From positions 62,001 to 126,000 of the forward strand of contig JAAOMT010000070.1 of assembly GCA_016748015.1 (NCBI GenBank): DNA of 64,000 bases, given 5' to 3'. A program made the position numbers and the translations under genes. The DNA comes from Geosiphon pyriformis uo1. Lineage: Eukaryota; Fungi; Glomeromycota. Below, piece by piece: positions 25,301 through 41,741 of this stretch (position 1 is the stretch's first letter; the number at the start of each line of letters is the position of its first letter). The notes beneath the pieces are model-generated. The model had not been told where the DNA came from and made no database searches. It saw only the letters and a list, made by a program, of their open reading frames with translations.

Positions 25301-27199
25301 ATGCAATGGCCTTTCTAAGTTTTTTTTATCTGGAGTAATCTGTATATTTAGAATTATTGAATTATTTGCTGTCAATTTTGAATTATACAAGATCTGTTTG
25401 TTTTTTTTAATTTAAATAATGGATTAGAAATTAATATAAATATATAATGTGGTTTTAATTAGTTTGAATAAATAGTTATATATAGTAAGTACATAAGTCA
25501 TATTTAGTTTGATACACTTAGTTTGTTTTTGTATGTTAAATAATAGTTAAATTGCACTTATAAAATAATAATAATAATGATAAAATAATAAAAAATACCC
25601 AAGTATTTGTAAGATTTATTTTTTTTAACTATTAAAATTAGTAAATTACTGATTAATAATAAGAAAATATTAATTTTATAATTAATAAAAATAACTATTG
25701 TTTTGTTATTATTGATTAAAATATCATTAACCTAAAAAAATTTACTTATTATATTCAAAATATACTAAATTGTAATTTGACTATAACTTATTTAAGTGTA
25801 TTATTAATAAAAATCTTAACAACAAAAAAAAATTCAAATTGACTTAATTCTTAATTTGTTTTGTTTTAATAATAAATTTAGTATTAATTTTATATTTACA
25901 TATATTTTTTTTTGTCTTTTAACTTTATATTAAAAAAAATTATAAAAGATTTACCAGAAAAAAAAATTTATTTTAATTTAACTTATTATATATATAATAT
26001 TTATTTATTAAACCAAAATTTATTATAATATAATTAATCTAGTTATTGTAAATTCTACTAAAAAACCTAATAAATTTGGTATATATTTTAATTTGAACTA
26101 AATTATTTTTCAAATACTATTAACTTATTAAATTATATGTTTTATATATATTTTGTAATATTAATTAAAATTTGTAATTTTTTTTTCCAAGTATTTTTTA
26201 TTACAAAACCAATTGCAAAAATTAAAAATTGCATTTTAGTATTTTTTAAAACTGAAAAATTATTTCTATAGAATATATTAAACTTATTATAAGCCAAAAA
26301 AATTTTGTCAAAAAAAATCTTGAAAAAAATCTTTTATGTAATTTTAATTAAAACAATAAGTCTAATATTAGTTAAAATTTTTTTTATTTATATGACTTGA
26401 AAATTATCAACACTTATGTTTTTTTCTAAAATTAAGAAATTAATTTACAAATCAAACAAAAATTTAAGAAGTCTAAAAACATACTTAATACTGATTTATT
26501 ATAATGTTTTTAAAGTTTATTTATAATTCTAAATAAATTTATAGTTTTTTTATTAAACAAATATTTTATCATGTTTAGTATTTTATTAAAACTAATAGCA
26601 TTTATAACTCCAGAAAAAACACTATTGTTAACATAAATTAATAACAAATATTGTTGATGTTACAAGTTAAGAACAATATTTAAAACTTTTTATTTTTTTG
26701 TTTAATTTTATATAATCTTATCTATTTTAAACTTAACTTTCTTAGACTTTATAATTAATTTATTATTATCAATTAAATAATTCAAAACTATTTTTAAAAA
26801 AAGTATTTCAATATATTTTTAATAGTATAACTTTTATTGATTTTAAAATTTTTTATTTTCTTATTAATAACAATCTTAATTTTTACAATCTTGGTTTTTT
26901 AAGACTTAATAAGTTTGAATACATAATAAAATTTTTTTATTTTGGCTAATTTAAATCTAATTTATATTAAAACCAGTATTTGAATCCAAAAGTTCTTAAA
27001 TATAAAGTATATTATTATTAGAAAACCAACAATGTACTAAAAAATTAAAGTTAATATTTAAATTTAATTAAAAAATTTTGTAAATTTTTAAAACCAAAAT
27101 TTCTAATTTGTGAAAATAAAAAAAAATTGGTAAAAATACTATTATAACTTATATATCAAAATTTAAAAAACACTTTAATGACTAAAAAATATATAACTT

Positions 27200-28090
27200 T
27201 CTAAATAATATTCTATATAAAATTTACATATAAGAAATTTATTGAATTAATAAACTTATAACTTGGTACTTAATAATTAATTATATTGTTAGTAATTTTT
27301 AAAGATTTTCAGATCTAAAAATTTTGGTTGAGTTCTTTGTATAAAAGATAAAGATTTATTTAATAATTGTTTTTTCAAATTTTTTCTTTAGTGTAAAAAC
27401 TGGTTTAATCTAACAGTTATGCTTTTTTGATAAGCTATTCTTAAGTTTTTATTCTTGTTTTATGAGTCTTTTACCAGACTATTTTTGACATTAATATATT
27501 AGTACTTAATTTCTTAATCAATTAGTAAACAATAAAGAAACAAAAGAAAAAAAAGAAAAAAAAAAACAAGAAATTAGTATTTGTTAATAGTCATAATTAA
27601 GAGCTATTGATTCAGTGTAATTAAGTAGTAAATATTATAAACATAAATTGCTGATAGAATTAAAAAATAATAATATTGATTCAATAAAAAAAATGATAAT
27701 TTTATTTAATATTTGAATAATTATATTTTAAGATATAAAAAACTATTTTTTTAAAAAAAAAGTATGTTATTAATATTTATTGTTAACCAACTAAGAACTT
27801 GTGTGAATTTTTTTCTTATTTCTAATACTATTGCTATATATACTTAATTTTTATTATATAAGATCTTACATATTTTTACTCTTTTTTATGCTATTTTTTA
27901 GAATTGTAATTATTTTTGAGCAATATATCATAATTTCTTGAAAATATGTTGTGATTTCTTGACAATGTACTTATTTTTTAAAAATATGTATATTTCTGAA
28001 AATATGCTCATATGTTGAATACTATTTTTTTATTGGTCTATTTTTATAATTTGTTTTTTTTGTATTCTTTTTCTATAAATAATAATATTT
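27200..28090 (-). repeat. Eroded LTR homologous to 1370-2154 (inverted); possible internal-region relics to its left
   Basis: Reverse complement matches TATATATAG.A.TAGTATTAGAAA (~27820-27845 vs ~1537-1560), CAATAGCTCTT.AT.ATGACTATT.A (~27585-27610 vs ~1700-1726), CTGGTAAAA..AACAAG..AGAATAGCTTA (~27430-27478 vs ~1858-1911); ends imprecise. Confidence 0.7.
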
Positions 28091-28099
28091 ATAAAAATT

Positions 28100-30660
28100 A
28101 CTTAAATTAATAAAAACAAATACAGCATAATAATTAATATTAAATTTTTTTTATACTTAAAACTTTCTAATTAGTTATTATATTAATAAGATTTAAAAAA
28201 ATAAATATGTAATTAATTATTTTTTTAATACTTTTAGAGTTTTTTTATGTATAAGTCTTAATTGTAAAACTATTAATTAAGAAGTTAACTAAATTTAAAT
28301 CAAAATACTTCTTAAAACTTACATATTTCTAAGTATTATTTTATTAAAATTATTACTTAAAATCACAAAAAAAATTTAAAATAATTAATAATAAATAATA
28401 AAACAAAGTTTTTTTAAACTTATAAATAAATATTCTTAAAACAAAAAAATAAATTTTAAAAAATTACAAATATTATTATTGAATACTATTTTTTATAATA
28501 CTAAAATAAAAAAATATTTTTACTATTTTTTTTGTTGTTTTATTTAAATTAAGTTAGTTTAATTCTATAATAATTAAAAAAAATTAAAAATTATTATTAA
28601 AAAAATGATATAAAAAAAATATAAATAATTAAAAAACCACTTTTTTTAGTCAATAATTTTAAAAAAGCTTTTAATTTCTAAGAAATTATTTAATTTAATT
28701 AAAACAATAATATTAACTATTAATAAAAGTGTTTTGCTAAATACTAATTTCAAAAAACCAAATATAATATTAAATTAAGTTGTAAATATTAAAAAAAATT
28801 AAATAAATATATTTAAAAAATCAATTATTTAATTTTATTTAAATTTTTAATAATTAATTAGATTGTAACAAAAATTTTTAATAAAATTTGTTAAATTAAA
28901 ACAAACTAATTTTTTAGTTTTTAGATAATTAATATTAATTAATAAAAACTTTATTTAAGTAAATAAAACTATTAAAAATCAAATTACTTAAAACAAAAAA
29001 TAAATTTAATACTTTATTGTTTATTTTGCTAATAAATATTATTGTTCATAATTTTAAATAAAATCTATAAAAAAAAATATATGAATTATTAATTATTTTT
29101 TTATAATAAACAATAAGATAAAATATATTATTATTTGTTTAAATTAAAAAAAATTTAAATAAATCTATTATATTATTATATTATTTAATAAAGTTAATTT
29201 ATATTAAATTAAATTTGGTTTGTTATAAAAATTGTAAATATTTTAATTATATCAAATTAAACTATAATTCTCTTATAACCAAAAAAATTTGTCAAATATA
29301 TTTTATATAAAATAAATTAAGATTATTTAATTATTATATATATTAAAAAAAATATTTTAATTTTTTATTTTATTATTTTTAATAATAAATTTTGGGCTTA
29401 AATAATATCTTTAATTTAAAAACAATATATATTAATAATTTTAATATTGTTATTAAACAAAATTTAAATTAATAATTAACATAAAATTATATTTATAATT
29501 TTTATTATTAATTAATATATAATATTATTTTTAATATAATTATTTATTATTTAGTTAAATTATTAAAAATTGCTATTTAATTAAATTATGTAATATTTTA
29601 AACTATGTAATATTTAAAAATTTACCAAAATATTTAATAGCTTATTAAAATAATTTGTAATTTGTTAAAATAAATATTTAATTTATTAAAATATTAGCGA
29701 AAAAAGCATTAAAACTCGAAATACTATTACAACAAAAAATATAAAAGAAGAATCTTTTTATTTAAAAAAATATATTAATTTATTAATTATTAAAATAAAA
29801 ATAAAAATAAAAATATTAATTAATTAGTCATAATAAATCAATAAAATAAAAATTTATTTTAAAAATCCAAAACTTTTTTTATAATTAAAATGCTTTAAAA
29901 ATTTACAAAATTTTGATTAATATTTTGAAATTAACTAGTTATTAATTTTAATAACAGTTTAATTAACTCTATACTTAAACAAAAAACATTATCTTATTAA
30001 AACAAATATTTATTTATTTATTTATTTTTTATTTTTTTATATTATTAAATAGCTTATAATTAAGATTTTTTGTAAAAAAGTTAACTTTTATTGCAATATA
30101 ATTACATATTATTAAAAAACCTATATTTAAAAATTTTTATGAAGAATTAACTTTTATTAACATAAAATTGATTATTTTATTATAAATTCAATAATATAAA
30201 TAATTTAAAATATAAAAAAATATTTTGAAAATTAATTAGCTTATTAAAAATTTAACAGCTTTTATTAACAATAAAATTAACAACAATTTAGTATTAATAA
30301 TATAAGAAAAATAACCAAAAATTTTGTGTTTTTTTAGAAATTTAAAACAACAAAAAGTTTATTTAATGTGATAATCATTTTTAATACAACAATCCTAAAA
30401 TATTACCAGTTAATTTATACTTATTATAAGCAAAAATTTGATAAAAAATTTTTCAAAAATTATATTAATAACTACTTTTTTAAAAATTATAATATTTTAA
30501 AAAGCAAAAAAAATTTTTATAAAAAACCAAAATATTGTAATCATAAAATACTTGACACCTATTTTTAAAACTTGTTAATCAACAATTTTTACTTAACTTA
30601 AAATTAGAACCAAAATATAATAATAACAAAAAAACAGAAAAAAACTTCATAAATTAGCCA
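28100..30660. other. Extremely AT-rich block, probably terminally eroded repeat relics
   Basis: Almost no C/G and virtually no CpG; no interpretable ORF. Confidence 0.5.
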
Positions 30661-30984
30661 AATAATTTAGATTTCTATATTATGGATTTCGTTTGAATTA
30701 AAATGATACTAAATTCAATGTTTCAATACACAAAAATGCCATTGGAGCTTATGGAGGATCATACTGTGTCTATCGTGCTTTGGCTGTGGCAATGGGTGCT
30801 TTTGGTCTAATCATAGACCTGATTTTAAAAATACCGAGCCTACTGTAATAATTGAATCTCATATCTAAATCGTGAGTTATTTTATTTATCGAGTCATAAC
30901 CATGCACTAATCCCCAAATTTTACGTAAAGCCTTGCTTCGCACACACACATTTAAAGTCCGTGGAGACAGCATATTTTTAGCTA

Positions 30985-33122
30985 ATGTCGGAAATCAAAA
31001 TACACGAGTACTTTAACCACAAGCCTGTGGAATAGAACATTTTGAACTTCCTAAATGAATGCGATACAAAACAATTTGACCTTAAGCTAGATTTTTATAT
31101 CAAATCCCTTGAAATTATCACTGACTGTAAACAAGGCAACAGGCAAAAAAAAGCAGGTCTGTTACTTGATAACTATAGAAAAGCAAGTAAAATCTTTTGG
31201 TTAGAATTAGTGGCGTGACGAGGACTTTTTTAGTTCAAGGTTGCTCACTGAGCCACAAAACCAGTGTTGGGGCACAAATGGCTTTCTTGGTTGTCTGATG
31301 TTCAAGGTTTCTTGCTGACCCAGCACTGGTCCCACTGGGGAATAAGTAACTTTTTCGGTTACCTGGTGTTGAAGATTTTTCACTGATCTGTGGGATGAGA
31401 AATCGGATATCCGATATGTACCAGAGATATGCTAGCTAAGAAATATTTCTAATTTCTTGTATCTTCTTTTCTAGGATTCTCGACCTGACCAACAACTTGC
31501 TAAGAATTGGGAGATATAATGTAAATTAGGCAAAATGAATGGTAGATCTTTAATTAATATTCACAAATCAACGTTGACTGGGAGTGAAATTGGGTCTATT
31601 GAACATGGAATCTTCATTGCTAACTTTTCAAAGAAGAGAGACTATAAAGTGGTAAAGATGAGAGCTTTTTAGTGAAAGTTATTAAGATCGATAGAACTAA
31701 TTATTTTCTATTACAATATTTTAGGACGATGAGTTCGATGAAGAAAGAGTCCCAAAAAAGCATTGTGAAGAAACTAAGTATACTACATCGCTGCCACCAC
31801 CACCACCACCACCACTATTACGTTCAGTATTAATTGGATTAAGAGAAAAAGCATTTACGAGCGAAGAAAAAACTCTTTTTTGATGATGAGATTATAAAAA
31901 TTGATGATGACATTATAATAATTGATGATGTAAATGAACTGTGCTTTGAGGGCGAAGATTCAGCAGATGATTTCAAGATAGGAGAGACCAATGTGTCTCA
32001 GTTATTTCGGCATTATCAAAACGAATCAATAAAGATAGCGAAGACTGATGGTTTATTCGTTTAATCAAATGTGCACGAAATACTTTCACTATCATCAATT
32101 TTTCTGCTCATTCCGGATTCTCACTCAAAAACAATGATCAATATATTCAGTTCTCCTTTACTTGATGAAATCCATCAAAAAATTACCCCAGCACGGCAAA
32201 TAAAATTAAATCCAGAGTGCAAATCAAAATTTAGGGATGCAATCAAGCTAGCAACAAAGGAGTCATGCGGCCATGCCATAAATTGGTTGTTTACAGCACT
32301 TGGAAATAGTCAAGCTTTGAGGGAGAATATGGGCTTTTTAATATTAGAATGTATAAGATTATTACCCATGATAAAGCTTAAGAATGAGCCCAGCGAAATA
32401 ACATTCATCACCAATTATTTAGACCACATTATGAAGGTGATTTCACATGACCCAAGCAAACATATCGTTGAGTGGCCCAACACGGGTCTTAATGAAAGCA
32501 AGGCAAGGAAGCCACAAGGAAGAAGCAAACAGCCGGACTTTACAGTATCCACCATTCATCAGCTAGAAACGAGTGGTGTTATATTGTGGGTGAAGTCAGT
32601 CCACCTGCAGAAAAAAACAATGTGTATAAGAATTGTAATGATTTAATTCGCGTTGGTATTTTTATGAAGGACTGTCTTGATTTAGCCATAGACTTGAGTG
32701 CTGATATTAAAATGCTTGGTTTTCAATGTGTTGGTAAGACAAATTGGATTAGTTTTTCTCTCATAATTTCTGTAAATAATTTTTTTTTGCCTCCCCCCAC
32801 AGATCATAAAATAGATTTCTATATTATGGATCTCGTTCAAGGAACATATATTATGATCTATGTCGGCCAAGTATCAGTTCCAGCCTCGGTGAAAGAGATG
32901 TTTCCATTCATTGATGAAATGGAAATGCTTTTAGAAATACGAAGGATTTTTCGCGAATCCTTTGATACTTTATACGCCAAGCTCCGTTATCCTAGTCCAC
33001 CATCAACAAAGGCACGTTTCAAACGCGATACGCTTGGCACACCCAAATTTAAAGAGCTTGTGAGCAAGACACGCGACTGTCATAGAAACTGTCCAAGTTG
33101 GTATGGACGTTCTAATAGATAG
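30985..33122 (+). pseudogene. Disrupted intron-containing gene of a PD-(D/E)xK (restriction-endonuclease-fold)-like family, of the kind expanded in Mucoromycota/Glomeromycota
   Basis: ATG 30985 MSEIKIHEYF..; in-frame stops (TAG 31033-31035, TAA ~31517, TAA ~32062) and frameshift ~32585; C-terminal domain EWPN..L.ESK.RK..GRSKQPDF...GEVSP....K..DLIRVGIFMKD...GFQCVG; introns 31183-31474 (GC-AG), ~31652-31724, ~32734-32802. Confidence 0.7.
31210..31395 (+). ncRNA. Candidate structured intronic RNA: three tandem stem-closed units sharing a GTT(C/G)AAG..TT..(T/C)(G/A)CTGA 3' core
   Basis: Stems GTGGC/GCCAC (31210-14/31252-56), ACCAGTGTTGGG/CCCAGCACTGGT (31260-71/31319-30), TCCCAC/GTGGGA (31330-35/31390-95); CTGA immediately 5' of each closing strand. 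Confidence 0.55.
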
Positions 33123-34104
33123 ATAGATAGATAGATTTTCTCTCAACTTTTCATTGAAATATACTAATTAATTATTAATTAGTTTACAAATTCATGTTCT
33201 ATTTTTTAAATTAAAAGTTATATTATTATAACAAAAACACTTGTTATAAAAAATATACGTTTTGGCTTTCCTTGAAGCGCGTGAGTTTTATCGCCCATTA
33301 TGTTTCAAGTTTCAGGAAACTGTCATTGTCTTCATATTTAAGAAAAAATTGTAGACAGTAGAAAGAGCGAATCAAAATTAAAATGGATCAAATATGGGCA
33401 TTAGATGCGGAAAAGCAAGAGTAGTAGTCAAACTTTCAAGGAAAATCGGCTTCTAATTGGAATAGTAGTAGTTATCACATAATAATGAAAACATTAGTGA
33501 AATAGAATAATCAATGAAAAGTTAATAGTAATGATTGTCCGTTAGAGAAGGAAAGAGAGACGGAATCAAACGAAAAACAAATGTTTTTAAAGTTAGCAGT
33601 TTGATGCAGCATCACCATCAGCACCACCACATAATAGAAAACAATTACAAAAGATGATCATAATTGGTGTGCGTGTGTGTGCATTAACTTTGATTCTCTA
33701 ACGCAAAGAAAAGATGGGAACATAGGGGAAGATTTTTTGTTCCACTTGGAATTTCACTGAAAATTATATCGGGTATATTACAAAACGTGAATCACAAGAC
33801 TTTATGACGCAAAAAATTTCTAAATAACCCATAATCAAGAGACAAATGACTCCTTTGCTCGGCATTCGGAATTATTTTCAGGGATCAAAACAATCTATTG
33901 CAGATGCTTCCCTCCTCCTGGACCCATTCCAAAGAATAATATCATGATAAATTTTGAAAAAAAATGAAATGTCTGTTTTTGGGTGAGAAAAAATGTTCTT
34001 TTGGGAAATGAAAAAATCATTTGCCTAGCAAAAATATACACATTAAATTCGCGGTCATTTGGCATACCCATAACGTCGAAAAAGTAGTTTGAAAATTTCG
34101 TGTT

Positions 34105-36414
<2,310 letters not shown>

Positions 36415-37076
36415 AATGTAAAGTTAATAAGAGTGTAGGTCCCAGTAACTTTTTTTTTTTATTAGTTGAGGTTGGGTAATAATTCAAAACTGGTTGGAAG
36501 ATAGTCGTTGAGAAAGGAGATATAGTATTTAACTGAACTATTATTTAAGTTGGTATTAAAAATTTGAAAAACGGCACTCCCGGGTTACTAAAAGAAAAAA
36601 CACACGTTATGCCAGTTGGTAATAGAAACTTTCGGGGTTTATTGGTTTATTGGTTTACTGGTTGGTTTATTGGGTTTGTTTGATATAACAAGACCGTTAA
36701 GGAAGTAAAAAATGCAAAAGTTACTCACAATATAATCAGGTTAAATAGGTAAACCAAGTAGAGAAAGATATTGTTATTATTATCAAGAGTATGTCGGGGA
36801 CGCTTATACGCAAGGAAAAAGAGAAAGAACAACAGAAAAAGAAAGCATTTTGGATTATTTGATCATTTGGTATTTTATGTTTATTGTAAGGTCGGGTAGC
36901 CGAAGTCGGTAAGAACGAGGGGTAATATCATGATATATGAATAGAACAAAAGGCAGTGCACTGCAGTGACTCTGTTAGAATATCTGATGATTCAGTTAAT
37001 AAAATTTAAATATAGAATTTTCAATTTTTAGAAAATCGGGGCTCCTATAAAAAAAGTTTCTCCGCAGGTAAATGTT

Positions 37077-37156
37077 GAGGATAGAGGATAGAGGATAGAG
37101 GATAGAGGATAGAGGATAGAGGATAGAGGATAGAGGATAGAGGATAGAGGGTAGAG
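37077..37156. repeat. (GAGGATA)n heptanucleotide tandem repeat, ~11 copies, upstream of the MADS gene
   Basis: Direct reading. Confidence 0.9.
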
Positions 37157-38511
37157 GTTGGATTTATTTCGAATGAAGATAGTCATTGGGAATATATGAC
37201 AATGAGTCGAACCTGATTGATTTAATTGATGTAGGATTGGGAAATTGTTTAAATTTCATAGGTTTTTTAATTCCCAAAATTTTTATATTTCGAATCCCAT
37301 ACTTGAAACTAGGCTCAAATGACGTCGCAATCAATTTTTAAATATTATGAAAAATAAATAATAAAGGGCGTCAAACTTAAAAAGGAAATATCTGGTGAAA
37401 AGCCTTACTATCTGGATTCATATGAGGAAAGGGAAACAGGTGTGCATATGAGAAAAAAAAAAATTCCATGAATTATTAAGTTACCATGTCTGGTGTTTTT
37501 GTGTTAAGGGTTAATTGTTTTTTGTTGATCCTTAAAAAGGAAAATTCATATTTAAAATTTTTGGCTATGAATGTAATACCATGATTTCTGTAATTTTTTT
37601 TTTTTTTTTTTGACCGAGTGAGAAATACGGATAATGATTTTCAAGACATTCACTTAAATTAAAAAGCGGCTTAAGCGATTTTTTTTAATTTTAGAATGAA
37701 TTAAAAAGATGATTACTGACTTGGAAAAAAGATTTTTAAAGAGAACCTTTGAAATGAAATTAAATTAAATGAAATGCTAATGATATTGCGCTAAATTATG
37801 ACCGACCTATCATTATGTGAAAATATTTTGGGAATAAAATCATCGATCAACAACTAAAAGTGTAAAATATTTTCCCGGTTTTATGTGAAATTCTTTTTTA
37901 GGATAAGAATGATTCACATTAATGCCAGTAAAAACTTGACTAGAAATTTTTTATTTGGGATTTTCATCACGAAGAGGTAAGCATTTCTGCATGGAGCAGT
38001 TTTCGAATTTTCTTGTTCTATGATCATCCTGGTTCCACCTCGAAATTTGGATAAAATTAAGTGATCCGAGTTTTTAAAACTTGAGAAAATCCTCAAAAAA
38101 AAAAAATTTTTTTTATTATTTTTTATTATTTTTTATTATTATTTTTTTTTAATCACCCTTACTATTCTTAAAAGATAGACTTCTGTAACATTCTACAACT
38201 TAAAAATAACTTTTTATTCAGTCTATTTTTATTTTTATTTTTAAAACTCAAAAAGCTGTACTTCTTGAAAAAACTGCAAATGTTCCATGTGAAACAATAC
38301 CTATTGACCAAAAAGAAATCGATCATCTTTCGATCTTTTTGAACAATATTGTTGTGTTACTTATTTTCCTGATTTCATGATTGTATCTAAAAATCTTTTT
38401 AAGTAACAAAATTTTTTTTAATTAATCCAAACTCAGAAATTAATTTTGTCATTTTTATTGAAAATCATTATGTTTAAAAATTGGGGGTTTATAATTCAAT
38501 AACAAAATTTT

Positions 38512-38726
<215 letters not shown>

Positions 38727-39364
38727 TTTTAATTCTCAAAAATTAAAACCTATAAAAGTAAACTTTTTTAATAAATTACAACCAATATAAATAATTATTT
38801 AATAATTCAGTTAAACTAAATTCTATTTTTATTTTATAATTAACTTTTATTCTAATTTATATAATTTCTTATTAATAATTCTAATAACAAAAAAATGTAA
38901 CAAATATTAAATATATGAATTTATTAAAAAAAATTTTTTTTTATTTAGTTAAATATCATAAATAATATGATTGGTTGTATGGTTGATTCGGAATTACCAT
39001 TTATTAATTTTTAGTTTAGGTGCTGAATCTCACGTGAAAGGGGACATTAACGTAATAAATGTTATTTCGTTGTTTCAATGAGCAGTATAATAAAATACTA
39101 CTTTTGTCTTTGCTCAGATCTCTCAATCTGTTTGAAACAACTTCTAGCCGTTCTTTTTTAGCCTCCCTTAGCAAACTAAACTTGAAAACTTAATCTCACC
39201 AATCCTTTCCTATTATTCACACTCGAAATTTCAAAAAAGAGCTCAACTGAAACCTAAGCTGTCAAGGAACCAATCAATCAAATAAACTATTAAAAACAGA
39301 TCCGCGTGACTCATTTCGTTTTTAAGGAAGTGTGTCCTTTTTTCACAAGCATCTTTTCAGGATC

Positions 39365-40504
39365 ATGCAAAAAAACTTGGTACAAATATGTATCGCACTC
39401 TACAATTATGAAGCTGAAAAAGAGGATGAACTTTCGTTCAAGGAAGATGATATTTTATACATTTTGGAAAACGATGACGATCAATGGTGGAAAGCGAGAC
39501 TTAAAGTAGCTTCTGAAGAGGGTGTAGAAAGCGGAGAAGGACCTATTGGGCTTGTTCCTAGTAATTATATTCACGAGGTGTGTTATTTGAAGCTTGAAAC
39601 TCATCTATTGACTCACCTCGTCGTCACCTTTGGAAGCAGAAGGTTTCGACATCAATTACAAGGTTAAATTTTTTGAATCGTTCCAATCTTTTATTTTATT
39701 CTGTATTCAGGCCGAATCTTCATCTATCGCCAAAGCAGCATATGATTATGAAGCTCAGAGAGATGATGAATTATCGTTCAAGGTCGATGATACGATACAC
39801 ATTTATGAAATGGATAACGAAAATTGGTATTTAGCCAAATTAAATGACCAATTCGGCTTAGTGCCAGCGAATTATCTTGAAGTAAGTTAATTAAAAATTC
39901 CCGTGACATGTGTGTTGGCCCAATCAGCAATTTAAAGTTTTGACGGTTTTGTAATCTTTAAATTTCATACATATACATATATATATATATATATATATAG
40001 CTCTCATTCGGAGAAACGGTAGAAGTCGCTGATGAGATAGAGGCTGAAGACCCATCCGATAATCAGCTTGGGAAACCAAAACCAACTTCACTTTTTCAGG
40101 CTCTACAGGTAAAATATTTTATTTTTATCCCATGTACCATAAAAGGTCGACTGAAATATCTTTACATTTAACAAACAAATGATTTTCAAGACTGCGGCTG
40201 ATCATAACACGTACGCTGATCCCCTCCGAATATATGCACAGCAAGCTGCGCGTCCCAAAGGTGGGTCTGTTTCTGGTTCCGCAAATGAGACTAAAACATG
40301 GTCTATCTCGGTAATGTACCTTTAGCTAAGGGAATAGGCTATGGTTACTGTTTTTCATGAATACCAAGTATCAAATATTAAATTCTTAATTTCTAATTGG
40401 GTTGTAATGTTAGGAAATCGATAAAAAAAAGAAAAAGAAAAAGGGTCGATTAGGGATTGGGAACGGGAAGATTTTTTATGGCAGTGATTCAGATAAGGTG
40501 GACG

Positions 40505-40576
<72 letters not shown>

Positions 40577-41643
40577 CACTACCTATATTCTCATTTTTTT
40601 AATTAATCTTCTTTCATATTTCAGGCAGCGCCAGTTCAACAATGGGACATAACAGATATATCAGATATTAAACATGACAAGAAACATGTTCTAATAACAT
40701 TTCATGGTCCCAAGGCAGCTTCTTTTGATTTCCTCGCTAGCAGTAAAAATGACGCCGAGGCCATCTATCAAAAAGCTTTGGATTGTATCGCAATGTTCGA
40801 TGTGCCTGAAGTGCATTTGGAGGAGCCTGCAACTCATAAGGCTGTATCTCACAATACGAAATTTAATATGGAGACAAAAAACAATAAATCAGATGATGAA
40901 GAGGCATACGAAGAAGCTGAATACGAGGATAAACAAGCCAGCGAAGACGACCAGCGCGATGAAGAGAAAGTAGTCTCTCAATCACCATCCATTTCTGTGA
41001 CCCAAAGCTCACCTAAACGTGGTATCATTCTTTATGAATTTACTGCTCAAGGAGATGATGAGCTCTCAGTTATGGAAGGTGACCAGTTATGGATTATCGA
41101 TGATGTTACTAGTGAGGATTGGTGGAGATGTAGAAAAGGAGACGAAGAGGGTGTCGTGCCTGCCCAATATGTCGAAGTAAGTGTGTTAACAGTCACTCTT
41201 TGAAAGTCTGGATTATTTACTTTAAAGCTAATCGTTATACCTTTAGGTTCAAACTGAAACCAACAATAATAGTATCGAGGAGGAAACACAAGAGGAGATT
41301 GCGGCACAGGAAGCTGAGCGTCAAAAGATGGAAGAGGCGACGCGTAGAAGACAAGAGCAATCGCGTCGTGAAGAAAAGGAAAAGCGGCGACGAGAAGCCG
41401 AAGAGAAACGACGAGAAGAAGAAAAGGAAAAACAGGCATCTGCACCTCCACCACCCCCAACTCCTCCAGCTTTACCAAGTAATTAATGCTCCCAATGCTA
41501 TTGATTTATATAAAGTCATTTCATAATCTCACCCACAAACTTCTTTTGTTTTCTCTATTATTTAGGTCGTCCACCTGTCAAATCAAGAGCCTCGCAAGGT
41601 ACGTGAGTGGATCAGACTTTCGGCAATTTGATCAACGTTTTCA

Positions 41644-41741
<98 letters not shown>

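Larger units (their letters stand above)
18330..25590 (+). mobile_element. Near full-length degenerate LINE: ORF1, APE endonuclease, RT, RNase H, CCHC finger, 3' UTR
   Basis: ORF1 remnants 18.4-20.0 kb; ORF2 start ~20061 MTSLV*KIVTCNIRGIN, GNDFN ~20503, DTNHLAV ~20722; RT PKLYNW...PIVLIKTAKKILSKIL (22.6 kb) and FINNTI (eroded FVDDTI, ~23070); RNase H IYTNS...LELQVIAL (24.2-24.3 kb); 3' tail ~25446-25590. Confidence 0.88.

Noticed and set aside
31210-31395. Intronic units as canonical C/D snoRNAs or a TPP riboswitch
   Set aside because: Units 2 and 3 lack a recognisable box C, unit 1 is only 47 nt, no rRNA target could be identified by eye, and TPP core motifs are absent; kept as an unknown motif
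37077-37156. Heptamer repeat as interstitial telomere
   Set aside because: GAGGATA does not match TTAGGG-type fungal telomere units
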